DNA from: Psammoneis japonica
Lineage: Eukaryota
Direction of reading: 5' to 3'
DNA length: 64,000 nucleotides
Assembly (NCBI GenBank): GCA_008632985.1
Contig: QPGO01000063.1
Span: 124,001-188,000 of the forward strand
The notes beneath the pieces were generated by a model. It did no database searches, was not told the DNA's origin, and was given only the letters and a program-made list of their open reading frames with translations. Of the stretch, positions 35,769 to 49,790 are shown one piece after another. Position 1 is the first letter of the stretch; the number at the start of each line of letters is the position of its first letter. The position numbers and the translations under genes were made by a program.

Positions 35769-38700
35769 CTATGGATACTCATCTTCGTACTTGCAGATTG
35801 TCTCCCCGATTATGACAAACAGTTCGGCAGTCCCGGCGCGCATGCCACTCTTAATCTGGCGGCTGACCATTGGCGGGCCATTTGGAAATTCTGCTTCGGT
35901 GGAGCACACCAAACGACAAGTATCATTCCCAGTGTTAGTGATAACGTACTGGGTCCACGCAATGAATGTTCCACCGTACGGAACATCGGGCGTTCGTGTC
36001 CTCTTCTTCAAGCAAAAGCAGTGATCATTGTAAACAGTAATCATTGCCGTTTCAAATGCAGTGTTCGCCTTCACAAAAGCTGACTTTGGCATGAGGTAAC
36101 TGCAAAGAGCGCGAGACGGCATAAGAACAAGTGTTAGAACCGCGATTTCATGTCCAAACAACAATGAATCGCTGCAATTACGCACTCTGACTCGATTTCT
36201 GCTCCAACCAAATCTTCGTTGCTGACTCCAGCAGGAAGTTCGGGAAGTCCAATCTCCTCATTGTGATGTGACCATTCTCCGGTGTTGATACTATTGGGCG
36301 AGAGCGCAATGCATAAAACGTTGGTTAGACGACAGACAACAGCGACATCCGAAAAACGCCGAGAAACAATGACGCGCTTACTTTTCGTATTTCGCTTCTT
36401 GCTTCCAGACAGCTTCTGTGATAAAAGACGAGGAATGGTGCAAAATCGCCCAGCGAAGACGTCGGAACCCAACTGGAAGGTCAATCTCAAGTCCGACCAT
36501 TTCCAAGTTCTCCGGAGGTTCAAATCCTGGCGGTGGACTCGGAGGGCCCTTGTCGAACTTGATTGCAGGACCAAGAAGCGGTCCAAGAATTGCGCCCTCC
36601 GCACCTTCTTCCACCTCGAGACGTTTTTGCTTCAAAGTGCGATCATCGGCACGTAGTTCTCGCAGCGCAGAGAGCATAAATGAAGCCTGAAATTTCGCAA
36701 CTTCCACTTTGATTTCCATTTCCATACCCTTCTGTTCAACATAGGAAAATATCTCTATTTGCGGAAACAGGCGAGAAGCACTTTTAGCGCAAAGAGTTAT
36801 CGAGAGACAAGGGAAAAAATCGCCAGTCTTGCAATACTCACCATCGGTCACTGAAGTCAGAATGTACTTCCTCATGGTGGATGGAATCATGAGATACATA
36901 ATGGAGCAAAGTGGCACAGACACGATCCAGTGCACATGATAGAGCCAGGCAAGGCATTGGGCAATGACTTCAAACTTTGTCAGGTGCAAGAGGTGGTACA
37001 TACGCTGCATCCACGTTCTCACCACGCCCAACTTCTTTTCGGGTTCGTCAGCTTCGTCCTGTTTATCTTGCGAACGCTTTTCCTCTCGTAGCTTCCTTTT
37101 GAGCCTCCATTCCCTTCTTCGTTTCGTAACCATTCTGTTCGTGAATCGAATAAGCTTGATCCAGTCAATCTTCTGAACATTGACTGCCAAGACGAAGAAT
37201 GCGCCAACTCTGTATTCAATTTCAGTCTCGATTTCAACGCCGCGTCTCTTCAAGTGAGGTTCCATCAATCTACAAGCGCAAACAAGAAAATGGCAAGGGC
37301 GTTGGGAATGGGTTTAGCTTGGCTCAAACACCAACACTATCAAAAAATATACGTCCCAACGTACCGATACAAATCATTCGACAGCTGCACAGCAATTCGC
37401 CGAGGCGTAAAGTCACTTTGCAGCGCCATCCCCGCCAATCGAACCACGCCAGACTGCGCAATGGCTCGAAACTTTTCAAACCGATCCTCCTCGTTTTCGT
37501 CGGGTGACGAAGTTTGCGCTTCCCACCGCACCTTGGCAAGCCGGTGCAATTCGTTTTCCACAACTCGCGCGGAATTCTTGACAATGACATTGACGTAGAG
37601 GGTCTTGTCATCGTGCACAATATCCCCCAATTCCTTGTCACCCTTGCCTTTGTTGGTTCGGGAGTATTGATCTTGAAATTCCGAACGCTCATCGCCCTCC
37701 TTGATGAGTTCGTAGGCTTCGGCAAATTTGTTTTGCACACGCGACAAGACGCCCTTGCGGTTGGTGCGAAAGCGAATGCCCTTGAGTTTCTCTCGTTCTC
37801 GTTCCCGCTCCAACAAGACGTCATAATAGTGCTTGTCTGCTGCCAAGAGTGACAAGGCTCGTTCCGATTCAATTTCATCATACGTAATGATCTGTGTCTG
37901 AGCCTTGTACACGGTATTGACAAGCGCCTCGTCCGTCAGCACAATGTTGCGTGCCAACTCCGCAGATAACAAAAAGTCGTCTCCGGCTCTCGTGGCAGTA
38001 CCACCAAATGCCGAACGACGGGATTGTTCTTGACTTGCAATAGTGGTCATGTGCACGCTTGTGCTTGTGACACTAGGTGCCACACCATTGGTTAGTTGGT
38101 TCTCGTTCACATCCGAAGAGACACTGTGAAAGTCATCGTTGAAGGATTCTCGGGGCGACGAGAATCCATTTTCCTGACCGAGGCTGTTTCGAAACGAAGG
38201 AAAAAAGGACGCAGCTTCCAATTCTGCTGGGGTCATTGCCGCAGCAGCTGGTGTCTTGAGATAGGTGGGACTCTCCGGGACCAACTCGAGTCGTGTAATC
38301 ACATCCAGAATACACTCATCCTCGTGGCTCTCGGCAGCCTTTAACGAACTAAACGCCTTGCCACAACACCCACAAATCCAAGCATCCTGCATACCATCCG
38401 TCCCACTCCAATACGATTCCGACAGTCCAAACAGTCCGCTGCTTGCACGACTACTGGCAGACGACGATGCGGAGGAGCTCTTTTTGTTTTTTCGCAGCTT
38501 GAAGATTCTTCTCTTCTTCTTGCTCATTCCCGAGACGGTCGTACCATTCTCGGCAATCGACTCTAATTCATAGTAGTCTCCATGATATGCACCACGTTCA
38601 TTCCTCTCCACCGCACCCCGCCTCCATCCCCTCTTTACGGCTCGTTCCGACGAAAGCTCGGATCCTACCGAAGCAGCATCGCTATCACAAGTAGGACGAT

Positions 38701-39037
38701 TTTGAAAGGGCATGCCCAATCGAAATTGATGTTCCCACGGACATTGCACGGGCTTTATGTGATTGGCAGCCTTGAAGGCAAATTCTTGTCGTCCCGTAGC
38801 ACAGTCTGTTGTTGCTTCGTGACGACCTTGGTAATACAATGCCTTTACGGCACGCTGGGCCGCTTCTTGCGCGGCGAGTCGGGCCTCTTGTTTTTCTTGT
38901 GCAAGCGTTTGCTTGTCATTATTCTTCTTGTTTGTTTTTTGTTTCTTCTTCTTGGTTTGCTTACTAGTCGTAGTCTTTTTCTTGTTGCTCTTTTTAGAAG
39001 ATGCCTTGGATTTCACTGAAGTGGAACCGGCCGCCAT
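35769..39037 (-). CDS. VASt (StART-like, GRAMD1/Lam family) lipid-transfer domain protein, multi-exon, intact parent copy
   Basis: Long first exon with a CGCCGKAF..H..C zinc-finger-like motif; in-frame intron 37364-37270 plus further short introns; C-terminal TRTPDVPYGGTF motif typical of VASt. Confidence 0.85.
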
Positions 39038-39196
39038 GGTGTGCTGCTTTTTGTTGCTTTACTCACTCTTTATGCCGCTGGCGAGCGTTGAGCGACACCG
39101 CCATTTTTGTGGGGTCGCGCAAGTCATTCCAAATTTTGCTTCCATCGTGGTTGCTACGTTCATTTATACTATTATGTAGGTTGCTACCATGGATCA

Positions 39197-40038
39197 GTAC
39201 CATAAAATCTTGGATACACGGAATTCGGAATTTGTATCTTGCGAATGACCTTTCTTTGGGTGGGTGCGGTGTGGGTCCGCCATGCGCGAAAAATTTTACT
39301 TGCTGTACTTTGCCCACCTTGTGTCAAGTCACTGGAATTGCCTCGATTGCTCCAGTGGCACAATCTCAGCGACAAATTAGTTTGTGCACAAACAGTGCAG
39401 CACACCTGCTGTGCAACTCCTTTCAAAACGTGAGCCTTGCTGTCCCAAGCATGAGCCTTGGCTGCTGCTGCCGTCTTGCTCTCCTCTTTGCCTCTGGCCC
39501 CGACAAATCTCTGCCAGATGCTGCGCCTCCGGCTGTTTTTGGGGCAACGAGTTTTTGAACTCTGCAAGGCACCCAACATCTGGTTTCTCTGAGTGATGTC
39601 AAACAAGCACAAGTGCTGTGCTTCCAGGCTGATCAGCTCGCACGCAAAGAGGAGAGAAGACAGAGTGGGGGGCTTTTGCTTGTGTGCACTCACCCCATGC
39701 ATGGTGCACTTGGGTTGGAACAACTCCACTGCCTTTTCAAGTTGCTGGAATTGCATCCATTGCTCACAATTAGCAGTGGAATGCATCCAACCGGTCTCAG
39801 TGGAAGGAACGGGGGGAAATGGCACAAAAACATTTGACACTATCGAGAATTGACTACATAGAGTTTTTTCACGCGACAGTACGTGGCTTTGATTGAAGAA
39901 CATACAGACACTTTATCCTCATAAAAATTGATGTGCTATCATACGGGTATTCAAGTACATATGCTACATACATGTTTTGAACTGTGACAAGCTCTTTTTT
40001 GTGATAGTCGCAGCAGTTGGTAGATTTTCAACGGCACT
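39197..40038. mobile_element. Putative non-autonomous DNA transposon (~840 bp) with a TpA-depleted core
   Basis: Flanked by the direct repeat ATGGATCA (39189-39196, 40039-40046), with imperfect inverted ends (AGTACCATAAAATCT vs reverse complement AGTGCCGTTGAAAATCT). Only two TA seen between 39310 and 39840. Confidence 0.5.
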
Positions 40039-40422
40039 ATGGATCAAAGAGAACTATTTGAGCAAGTCCCGCTGAGTCGCGCGAGAGTTCTCGCGTGTTG
40101 TTGAAATTATTTAAAAACAATTTATTTTTATCCTTTATAAGAAGCTTAAAATAGGAAACTGTTATCAATATCATGTTTTCTGTCCAGTCTTGGTTCTTGA
40201 TAATGCGAAGGCTTCGTTCGTGCAAGTTTGTGTGCGTTGACGCTATTTCCTTCCCGACCGCGAACATAAAACAGGAAGAGAGAAAGCAGATGAAAGAAAA
40301 CAGTTTATACAGACAATCGAAAAAGAGAGAAGCAACAGATAACTCCTCATAGACTATAGCCAAGAGAGGGAGAGAGACAGAAACAAGAAGCGCAGCTGTT
40401 GATTGGAAAACACAAAATTGAT

Positions 40423-42390
40423 ATGGGGAAGAACGAAAACAAAGGGAGAGTGTCGCCTGATCCAAGTGATGGCGACCTGGAAGGACAACAAACAGCAGAC
40501 GTTGGGGTTGAATGCGCCCCCACAAAGACTACCAATGAAGCAAAGCCCGATGAGGCCGGAAACCTCGAGGGTCGACTTTTCCACCCGACTCAATGGAAAC
40601 GGCGCGGAGTAGTGGTCACGATATGCGTGTTTCTGCTGGTTGTAGCTGCAGTTGTTGCGACGGCTACATTATTGTCACGGACGGACAAGGCATCAAATAC
40701 CGACAGTTTCAACCCAAGTGCTTCATCTCGTACTACGTATTATGGAACGTGCGACCCCGAGACGAACGAAGGCTGTGAAGACGGCAGCACTTGTACCGAG
40801 GCCACATTGGGCACACCATCTCGTTGTGTCTTGCCTATAGGTGCCGAATGTGAGCACTCTTGGGACTGTCAGTCGGATAACTGCTTTGAGGGTATATGTC
40901 GATGCAACACTTTGGACAGCGCCGGCTGTGAAGGATCAGAAGTTTGTGCTGAGAATTACGATGGCGCCCCTGCTTGTGGATGTCATCACGGCGGTCACTG
41001 CGATCAGACGAACCATTGCGTCTTTCCAATGATATACATGGATGTGCCTCTGGGGAGCTGTACTTGCAATCCCGGTACAAATGCGGGATGTTCCAACCCT
41101 CTTGTGTGTATGGAGTTAGAGTTTATTGCCGATTTACCACCCGCATGCTATGCCACGATGGGCGGAGACTGTGCGAACGACTTTGATTGTGAAACATTGA
41201 ACTGTTTTGAAGGATCGTGTCAGTGTAACCCAGGGATTGGGACTGGTAATTATGGATGCAGTGGCGACGATGTTTGTGTGGGGAATAATGAGGATGGATA
41301 CGGTTGTATAGAGGCTGAAGCGGTCTTTGATACGTGCATTCCCGAGACCAATGAAGGTTGTGATGAAGGAGGCACTTGTATCGAAGATAGTTCGGGTGGC
41401 TCACCTCGATGTGTCTTTGAAGTAGGCGCCGAATGTCAGGACTCAAACGAATGCCAGTCCGAGAATTGTTTCGAGAATAGATGCCGATGCAACACCTTGA
41501 CCAACGCCGGCTGTGATGGGTCATTAGTTTGTGCCGAGAATTACGACGGCACCCCTACTTGTGGGTGTCATCACGACAATCACTGCGACGAGACGAACAA
41601 CTGCGTCTTTTCAATCGTCTTCATGGAGGAGCCTCTGGGGTGGTGTGCTTGTAATCCCGGCACAAATGCTGGATGCCCGGACGGACGCCAGTGTTTGGAT
41701 GTAGATTGGATTGCCGATGAGCCGCCCAGCTGCTATTCTACGATTGGTGGAGACTGTTTGTACGACTTTGATTGTGAAACAAACAATTGCTTCGAAGGGT
41801 CGTGTCAGTGCAATCCGTACCTGCTTTGGACCGAAAATCATGGATGCAGTGGCGACGATGTTTGTGTGGGGAATGATCAAGACGGATACCGCTGTGTCTT
41901 CGAAGTAGGCGCCGAATGCCAGGACTCAAGTGAATGCCAGTCCGAGAACTGTTTCGAGGGTAGATGCAGATGCAACACCGTGACCAACGCCGGCTGTGAT
42001 GGGTCATTAGTTTGTGCCGAGAATTACGACGGCACCCCTACTTGTGGGTGTCATCACGGCAATCACTGCGACGAGACGAACCATTGTGTCTTCCCAATGG
42101 TATACATGGATGAGCCTCTGGGGAGCTGTGCTTGTAATCCTGGCACAAATGCTGGATGCCCAGACGGACGCCAGTGTTTGGATTTAGATTTTATTGCCGA
42201 TGAACTGCCCGCCTGCTACTCCACGATTGGTGGAGACTGTTTGCACGACTTTGATTGTGAAACGCACAGTTGTTTCGAAGGGTCGTGTCAGTGCAATCCT
42301 TATATTTGGACCGAAAATCATGGATGCAGTGGCGATGATGTTTGTGTGGGGAATGATCAAGACGGATACCACTGTAGAGCCAATGTCTGA
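40423..42390 (+). CDS. Type II membrane protein with three ~160-aa acidic Cys-rich repeats
   Basis: One TM helix (VVVTICVFLLVVAAVVATATLL) followed by three units beginning CV..GAEC....CQS.NCFE..CRCNT (~40820, ~41405, ~41890). Confidence 0.85.
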   Translation: MGKNENKGRVSPDPSDGDLEGQQTADVGVECAPTKTTNEAKPDEAGNLEGRLFHPTQWKRRGVVVTICVFLLVVAAVVATATLLSRTDKASNTDSFNPSASSRTTYYGTCDPETNEGCEDGSTCTEATLGTPSRCVLPIGAECEHSWDCQSDNCFEGICRCNTLDSAGCEGSEVCAENYDGAPACGCHHGGHCDQTNHCVFPMIYMDVPLGSCTCNPGTNAGCSNPLVCMELEFIADLPPACYATMGGDCANDFDCETLNCFEGSCQCNPGIGTGNYGCSGDDVCVGNNEDGYGCIEAEAVFDTCIPETNEGCDEGGTCIEDSSGGSPRCVFEVGAECQDSNECQSENCFENRCRCNTLTNAGCDGSLVCAENYDGTPTCGCHHDNHCDETNNCVFSIVFMEEPLGWCACNPGTNAGCPDGRQCLDVDWIADEPPSCYSTIGGDCLYDFDCETNNCFEGSCQCNPYLLWTENHGCSGDDVCVGNDQDGYRCVFEVGAECQDSSECQSENCFEGRCRCNTVTNAGCDGSLVCAENYDGTPTCGCHHGNHCDETNHCVFPMVYMDEPLGSCACNPGTNAGCPDGRQCLDLDFIADELPACYSTIGGDCLHDFDCETHSCFEGSCQCNPYIWTENHGCSGDDVCVGNDQDGYHCRANV

Positions 42391-42775
42391 GTCCTCGCGT
42401 CGTTCCTCCTGCCTGAAACATGGCATACATGATGAATAATTCATTGATTATACGAAGTTCGGCCTGTTACGTCTCGGGACCCTCTTTTGGTGCCTCCCGC
42501 CTGGAACATGCTAGATGAACAATACATTGATTATATAGAAAAATTGTCTTATGCAAGTCTGATACAAATAGCATAAGCTTACATTACACCCTTTCTAATA
42601 GCGCCGCCAGCCTCACCACACAACTCCGGGCCACATGCAACTTTGAGCATTACAATGCAACTACCATTATGGAAAATACTCTAGAGAGAGAGCTTCCTCT
42701 ATTTTACGTTATCGTTTTGAATCCAAAACCAACTACTTATTTCAACTCCCATCGGAGAAGAGTGTCGACTACAGT

Positions 42776-44859
<2,084 letters not shown>

Positions 44860-45404
44860 CTACCATACCGGCAGGGCCTACCCCTAGATTGTTCATGGAG
44901 ACTCATGATCGTCACTAAGACAAGAGTAGCAAGCATCATTGCTCCGCTTGATGAGATTTCGCTTTCTCTCTTCCACTATGGTCTTCGCCCGTGCCATGGG
45001 AATCGAATCTCTGCAGACCGCAATTCGCGAGGCGCATAACGGTACCGGTAAGCCTTCATCATGGTCAAGTCGCAGATTTGTTACTCTAGGATATTTTGGG
45101 TCGCTCTTTCTGATTTTTCAAGATTGGAAAATTCCTAATTCCTTTTCTCGAGCTTCGAGCTCTCATTTCCTCCTCATCTTTTATATCCGGGTTTTTCTGA
45201 TGCGTGATCAGACGCGCGCGTTGATCTCCTGTGTGACGAACGTGATGTCAAAATTCCCGCCACAAAATCAAAAAAGTACGTAAGAACGGAGACACGTAAG
45301 ACACAAAGCTAACGTCGTTTTGCATCTAGAGCCTGCAACAGCAACACAATTTTGAGTCCGCAATCCTTTTCGTGCTTGTGTTATAGCTCTGAAGCTACAA
45401 AAGC

Positions 45405-46791
45405 ATGTTGACGTTGTCTGCTTCGTTTCGCGCTTCTTCTGTCGCATGTCGACTTGCGCGTTCCAATGGTTCCCAGTATGTTCGAGCCATCTCGAGCACT
45501 CCAGTGTGCTTGATCAAGGAAGGCGAGCTGAAACCAGAGTTCTATGTGCCCAAGGCTGAGCGGGGAGATAAGAGTGTCTTTGTCATGGACGGGCAAGTCG
45601 CCCCGGATGCTCCAGGTCTGAAGGCTGATATGCCTCGTTTGGCCCGTAACGACCGTTCGTGTCCGACGCGTGAGCTCAACTTTACGCCGGATACGTGGGG
45701 CCTTTCCAAGAGTCCTTGGCGAAAGTGGAGGCACATGCGTAACCTCTTCAAGTCGTCACCCTTTCAGCGTTTGAGTATGCCTGATCTTGCGGGAGTTGCT
45801 GTTATTTCTCTTGCTTTAACTGCTTACAACGAGGTTGTTGTTGGAGGATCCGCTGACGCCATGCTCTCAATGAATGCAGCTGGATTTGGTGGAGCTACTA
45901 CAGCAATTGGACTCTTGGCAGGTTTCCGCCTCAATGCTGCTTACGGGCGTTACGAAGAGTGCCGTATTTTCTGGGGAGAGTAAGTACATGACTTTGGCTT
46001 TCACGTTGTTCGCGAACATGAGCAGCCGACTAACACGTTTTGTCGGCTTTTTCTGCGAATCATTCTGCAGCATCAATAACACAATCCGTGATATGGGACG
46101 CCAGACCATGATGTGGATGGAAGATGAGGACCAGCGCAACCGCATGATGAAGCTGAACCAAGCTTTCCCTCTTACCCACATGTGGCACGTTCACGCCAAG
46201 GGATGCCATCACAACATTCGCCGAAACGAGGAGGGAAAGGCTCCCTTTAAAGATCGCCTCCAAACTGAGTTCATGGCAGAGCTTCGTGATATCTACAACG
46301 ATGGCAAGTTTGAAGCGGATTTCCAACGCATTAGCGACGTCAAGTACTCCGGTGGAAACACCCCCTTGGAAGTCTTGACCATGATGGGAGAGACTGTCGC
46401 CGGATCCAAGGGAACGGTGGATCCAATCTACGCCCGCGAGATCGATGAGCAGATGCAACGTCTCTGTGCCGCCTACGGAGCGTCCGAGCGAGTTCTTCGT
46501 ACCCCGTTGCCGACTGGTTACTCTCGTCACTCCTCCCGTCTCCTTTTCCTCTGGTCTCATTGTCTGCCCTTAGCCTTGTACCCTGCATGTGGTCCCATTG
46601 GAACTTTGCCTGCATCTCTTGTGAGTGCCTGGGCTGTGCTTGGTGTGGAAGATCTGGGGGTCCAGCTCGAGGAGCCCTTCGACATTCTCCCCATGAGACA
46701 GTACAGTGACGGCATGTACGACGCCATGAATCAGATCAAAAACAAGTACGAGGTGTACAAGATTGGTAGCGACAAGCGAGTGTCAAGCTAA
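45405..46791 (+). CDS. Bestrophin-like (UPF0187/VCCN) anion channel, 2 exons
   Basis: GLLAGFRLNAAYGRYEECR.FWG, ERVLRTPLP.GY.RH and EDLGVQLEEPF motifs; in-frame intron 45980-46070. Confidence 0.9.
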
Positions 46792-47285
46792 TGAAGTTGC
46801 GGGGTCTTTCGCTTTCTTTTTTTCGGGTCCTGCTATCGATATTGTTCCATTACAAGCAACGTAATCGACTCGATATATTATAGGAACATGGTATAAATAT
46901 AATTGTATTTTTGTCATTTTGTGATTTTGTAGTCGTAGTCAACCTGCTTTTCTTGTAGCGGTAAATTTGCGAGACAGACGCTTGCTCGTTGCTCGCGAGC
47001 ATCACCCTAAAAACTTGAGACACACCGGACCAGAACCTGCAGTAGGTACTTTCGGTACCCAAGACCAACCAGAGTTTTAAAGCGCCCCGGATCGAAAAAA
47101 TGAATCCTGCCACCTGCCACCCTTTCAGAGCACGGCAGGGCAACCAATACAATCCTCTTCCATACGGACCAGTCTAGTCTACAGCACCGGTATGATATGA
47201 GCAGGCAACAAGTACCACATCTGGATCTCTTCACATTTAAACAAGGTTATGTACAATTCCTCGAGCGCTTCCACCATCCTGCTCT

Positions 47286-48685
47286 CTAGAACCATATAGC
47301 TAACAAAATTGATGTCAAAGCTACCCCCACCACAAGCAAGCTGCCCCGATCTCCAATGCCGGTAGTGGAGTAGGCGTTGGAGGGACTGTAACATGTCCAA
47401 TCAAGATCTACTCGGAATTGGTCACACTCGCCGGAACCGCATTGACTATCAAATCTGCAAGGGCATCCAAGTTCCACCACTCCCGAACTATTGGCGCAGG
47501 ACTCGTAAATGCATTTTCCTGACACGCAATCTTCATCCTTTTCGCAAGTTTCCTTGATACACAATTCATCCACCTTGTCGGCACACAAATTCTGAAAGCC
47601 ACACCTCCCAGAAGCGCAGAGTTCATGATAATCGCGTTCGCACAAGACACCATTTTCAAAGCCATCAGTGCTGATTGGAAATTCGGTAGCATTGCTCAAC
47701 AATGCTTCCACTCGAGATTGGTAGCTGTATGGTGCCGGACCTGCCATGGTGTGCGCTGCAATCTCATTCTGGCGATCAAAAAAGGACGGAGTGAACGTGT
47801 AATTTTCACCCACTCCCAACACCTTGACAGCAGAAGCGTCTTCGCCCAACAAGATAAAGTAACCATAATGGACTGATTTGGAAAAGAAAGTTGGACTGAA
47901 AACGACCGGATCAAACCCAATGTCATCGTCTTCCTCAAATTCTTGCTTGGAATTGACATAGCGAAAGAATCTTTCTGAAATAATTAGGTCACAGCCTGTA
48001 TCGACCGCTGGTGGCTGACCAAAGGTAACAACGGTCGGGCTCATTCTATGTAGCAAAATAGCAGCGTGCGTTGCAGTAGCTCCACCCTTTTTAAAAAGGC
48101 AAAGAGTGTGGATGAGATGAAAGAAGTTCACCAAAAAATTGCTCAATGACGTCAACACAAACTTACCTGACTATGTCCAGTCAACACTACACAATCCTCT
48201 TTGTCAAGAGTACAGTTATCAAAACACGACTGCAAATCAACTCGGCCTTGAATGACTGCTTCTGTGTTGAGAAAGTCGGCAAAACCGGCTCGGCCCTCGC
48301 AATATTCCCCTGTAGTCTCGTTGTTATCCCTGAACAACTGGACATCGTTTAGATTGATATTTTGAGACCAATCATCAAAATTGGCATTCGTCCCACGAAA
48401 CGCAAGGTAGCAACGACCGTCGTTGCCCTTGGCGACAATGGCTTGATCTGGTTCTTCGTTGTAAAACTTGATTTCTACATAATCCGGGTGTTGATACATG
48501 ACAGGATCACTGCCGTTAACAACATATTGCGTAATGTTGGGTTCATATGCCAAGGCTGATAATTTCGCAGCTTCCACGGTTATTTCCATGACGCGTTGTG
48601 TCAGAATGTCGCTGAATCCTTGCACTTGGGACGGATGCAAAAGCACAGCCACGGGTGCTGCCCATGAAATATGTTTCCAAATCAT
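47286..48685 (-). CDS. Secreted or membrane-anchored class 3 lipase, 2 exons
   Basis: Signal peptide, AFRGT, GHSQ|GG nucleophile elbow split by intron 48166-48087, TFGQP, Cys-rich tail and hydrophobic C-terminus. Confidence 0.9.
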
Positions 48686-49040
48686 TCTCGCTATAGAGAG
48701 AGAAAAGTTTCTTCCTGTAACTGATCACAACAATCAAGACACAAAGCTGTGGCCCTTTAAATGCGCAATTGCTGAGTAATCCATATATTATGTGTCGCAA
48801 GTGCAACAACTGCCAACAACCGCCTGAGGCCTGAGTTCTGTTCTGTCATGTAAGCATTGGATCGTTTTCGCACGATCGACGTATGCGGGAAGACTCTGGA
48901 ATAGCGCTATCCAAAGAAGTTCTGTCCTCCAGTGCCTCATGGGGTTTTCCCAGTACAAGTTTAACGAATGAAAGAGACGTGAACTCCATACGCACTGATT
49001 GACAGACTGTTTCCGAACAATGCAATAAAAAAATGGTTCT

Positions 49041-49265
49041 TGTCAACACAGTACGAACTCATGCGCGATTCGCGCGCGCTACGCTTGCGTATGCGATTTC
49101 TTTCATCGGTCTTTTCTCAACTTTTCTCACAATTACAACATCTAGTGTAACAAGACATTAGCAGCTTTGCTGATTATACCGTCATCGTTAGCCCTCTTTG
49201 CTAGCGACACGTCTGCCATTCGACCTCAGTCGACTTCTCCTGGCTCTCAGACGAGAGTCATCGCA
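49041..49265 (+). repeat. 5' LTR
   Basis: Colinear with 56411-56635; 10 mismatches, no indels. Confidence 0.97.
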
Positions 49266-49378
49266 GGCCAGAAGCCCAAGTGTCGCGCTTGATCACTCCT
49301 GTGCTCATCTCTTTCTCTCCGGTGGACGAGAATTGAGCTCTGTACATTTCTGCGCACAATTCTACGTGAGTGTTGCAC

Positions 49379-49785
49379 ATGTCCGAAAGGAACTCTGCGA
49401 CACTTGATGACCTTGTTGAACAACTGCAAGCCCTGCAACTTCAAGAAGTGGAGCTTGTTCGTCGCATTGCCGCAGAACGAGAACGGCAGAATCGTCTTGC
49501 AACACCAACGCAAGCCGGAACTGCTCGTGGAATTGTCTTACAACACCAACGCAAGCCAGAACTGCTCGTCCTTCTGCTTCAACAGCACAAGAACCCGCCG
49601 TTGCGGATTTTCACGTGGGAGACCGTGTTGTCATGACGAACGAAATTTGCAACTTTCGCCGCACCGTTGCTGTCCAAGACCGTCAAGCAACTGTCACTCG
49701 CATTGCAGAACAGCAAGTGTTTGTCCACACGGATGATGGAAATGCCACTAATCGGCATCCGAAGAACCTGCACTTTCTCGCGTAA
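49379..49785 (+). pseudogene. Extra ORF upstream of gag (coiled coil plus small beta-rich domain), frameshifted
   Basis: MSERNSATLDDLVEQLQALQLQEVELVRRI..., then in another frame FHVGDRVVMTNEI...RQATVTRI...VFVHTDDG..TNRHPKNL*. Confidence 0.5.
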
Positions 49786-49790
49786 TTCGC

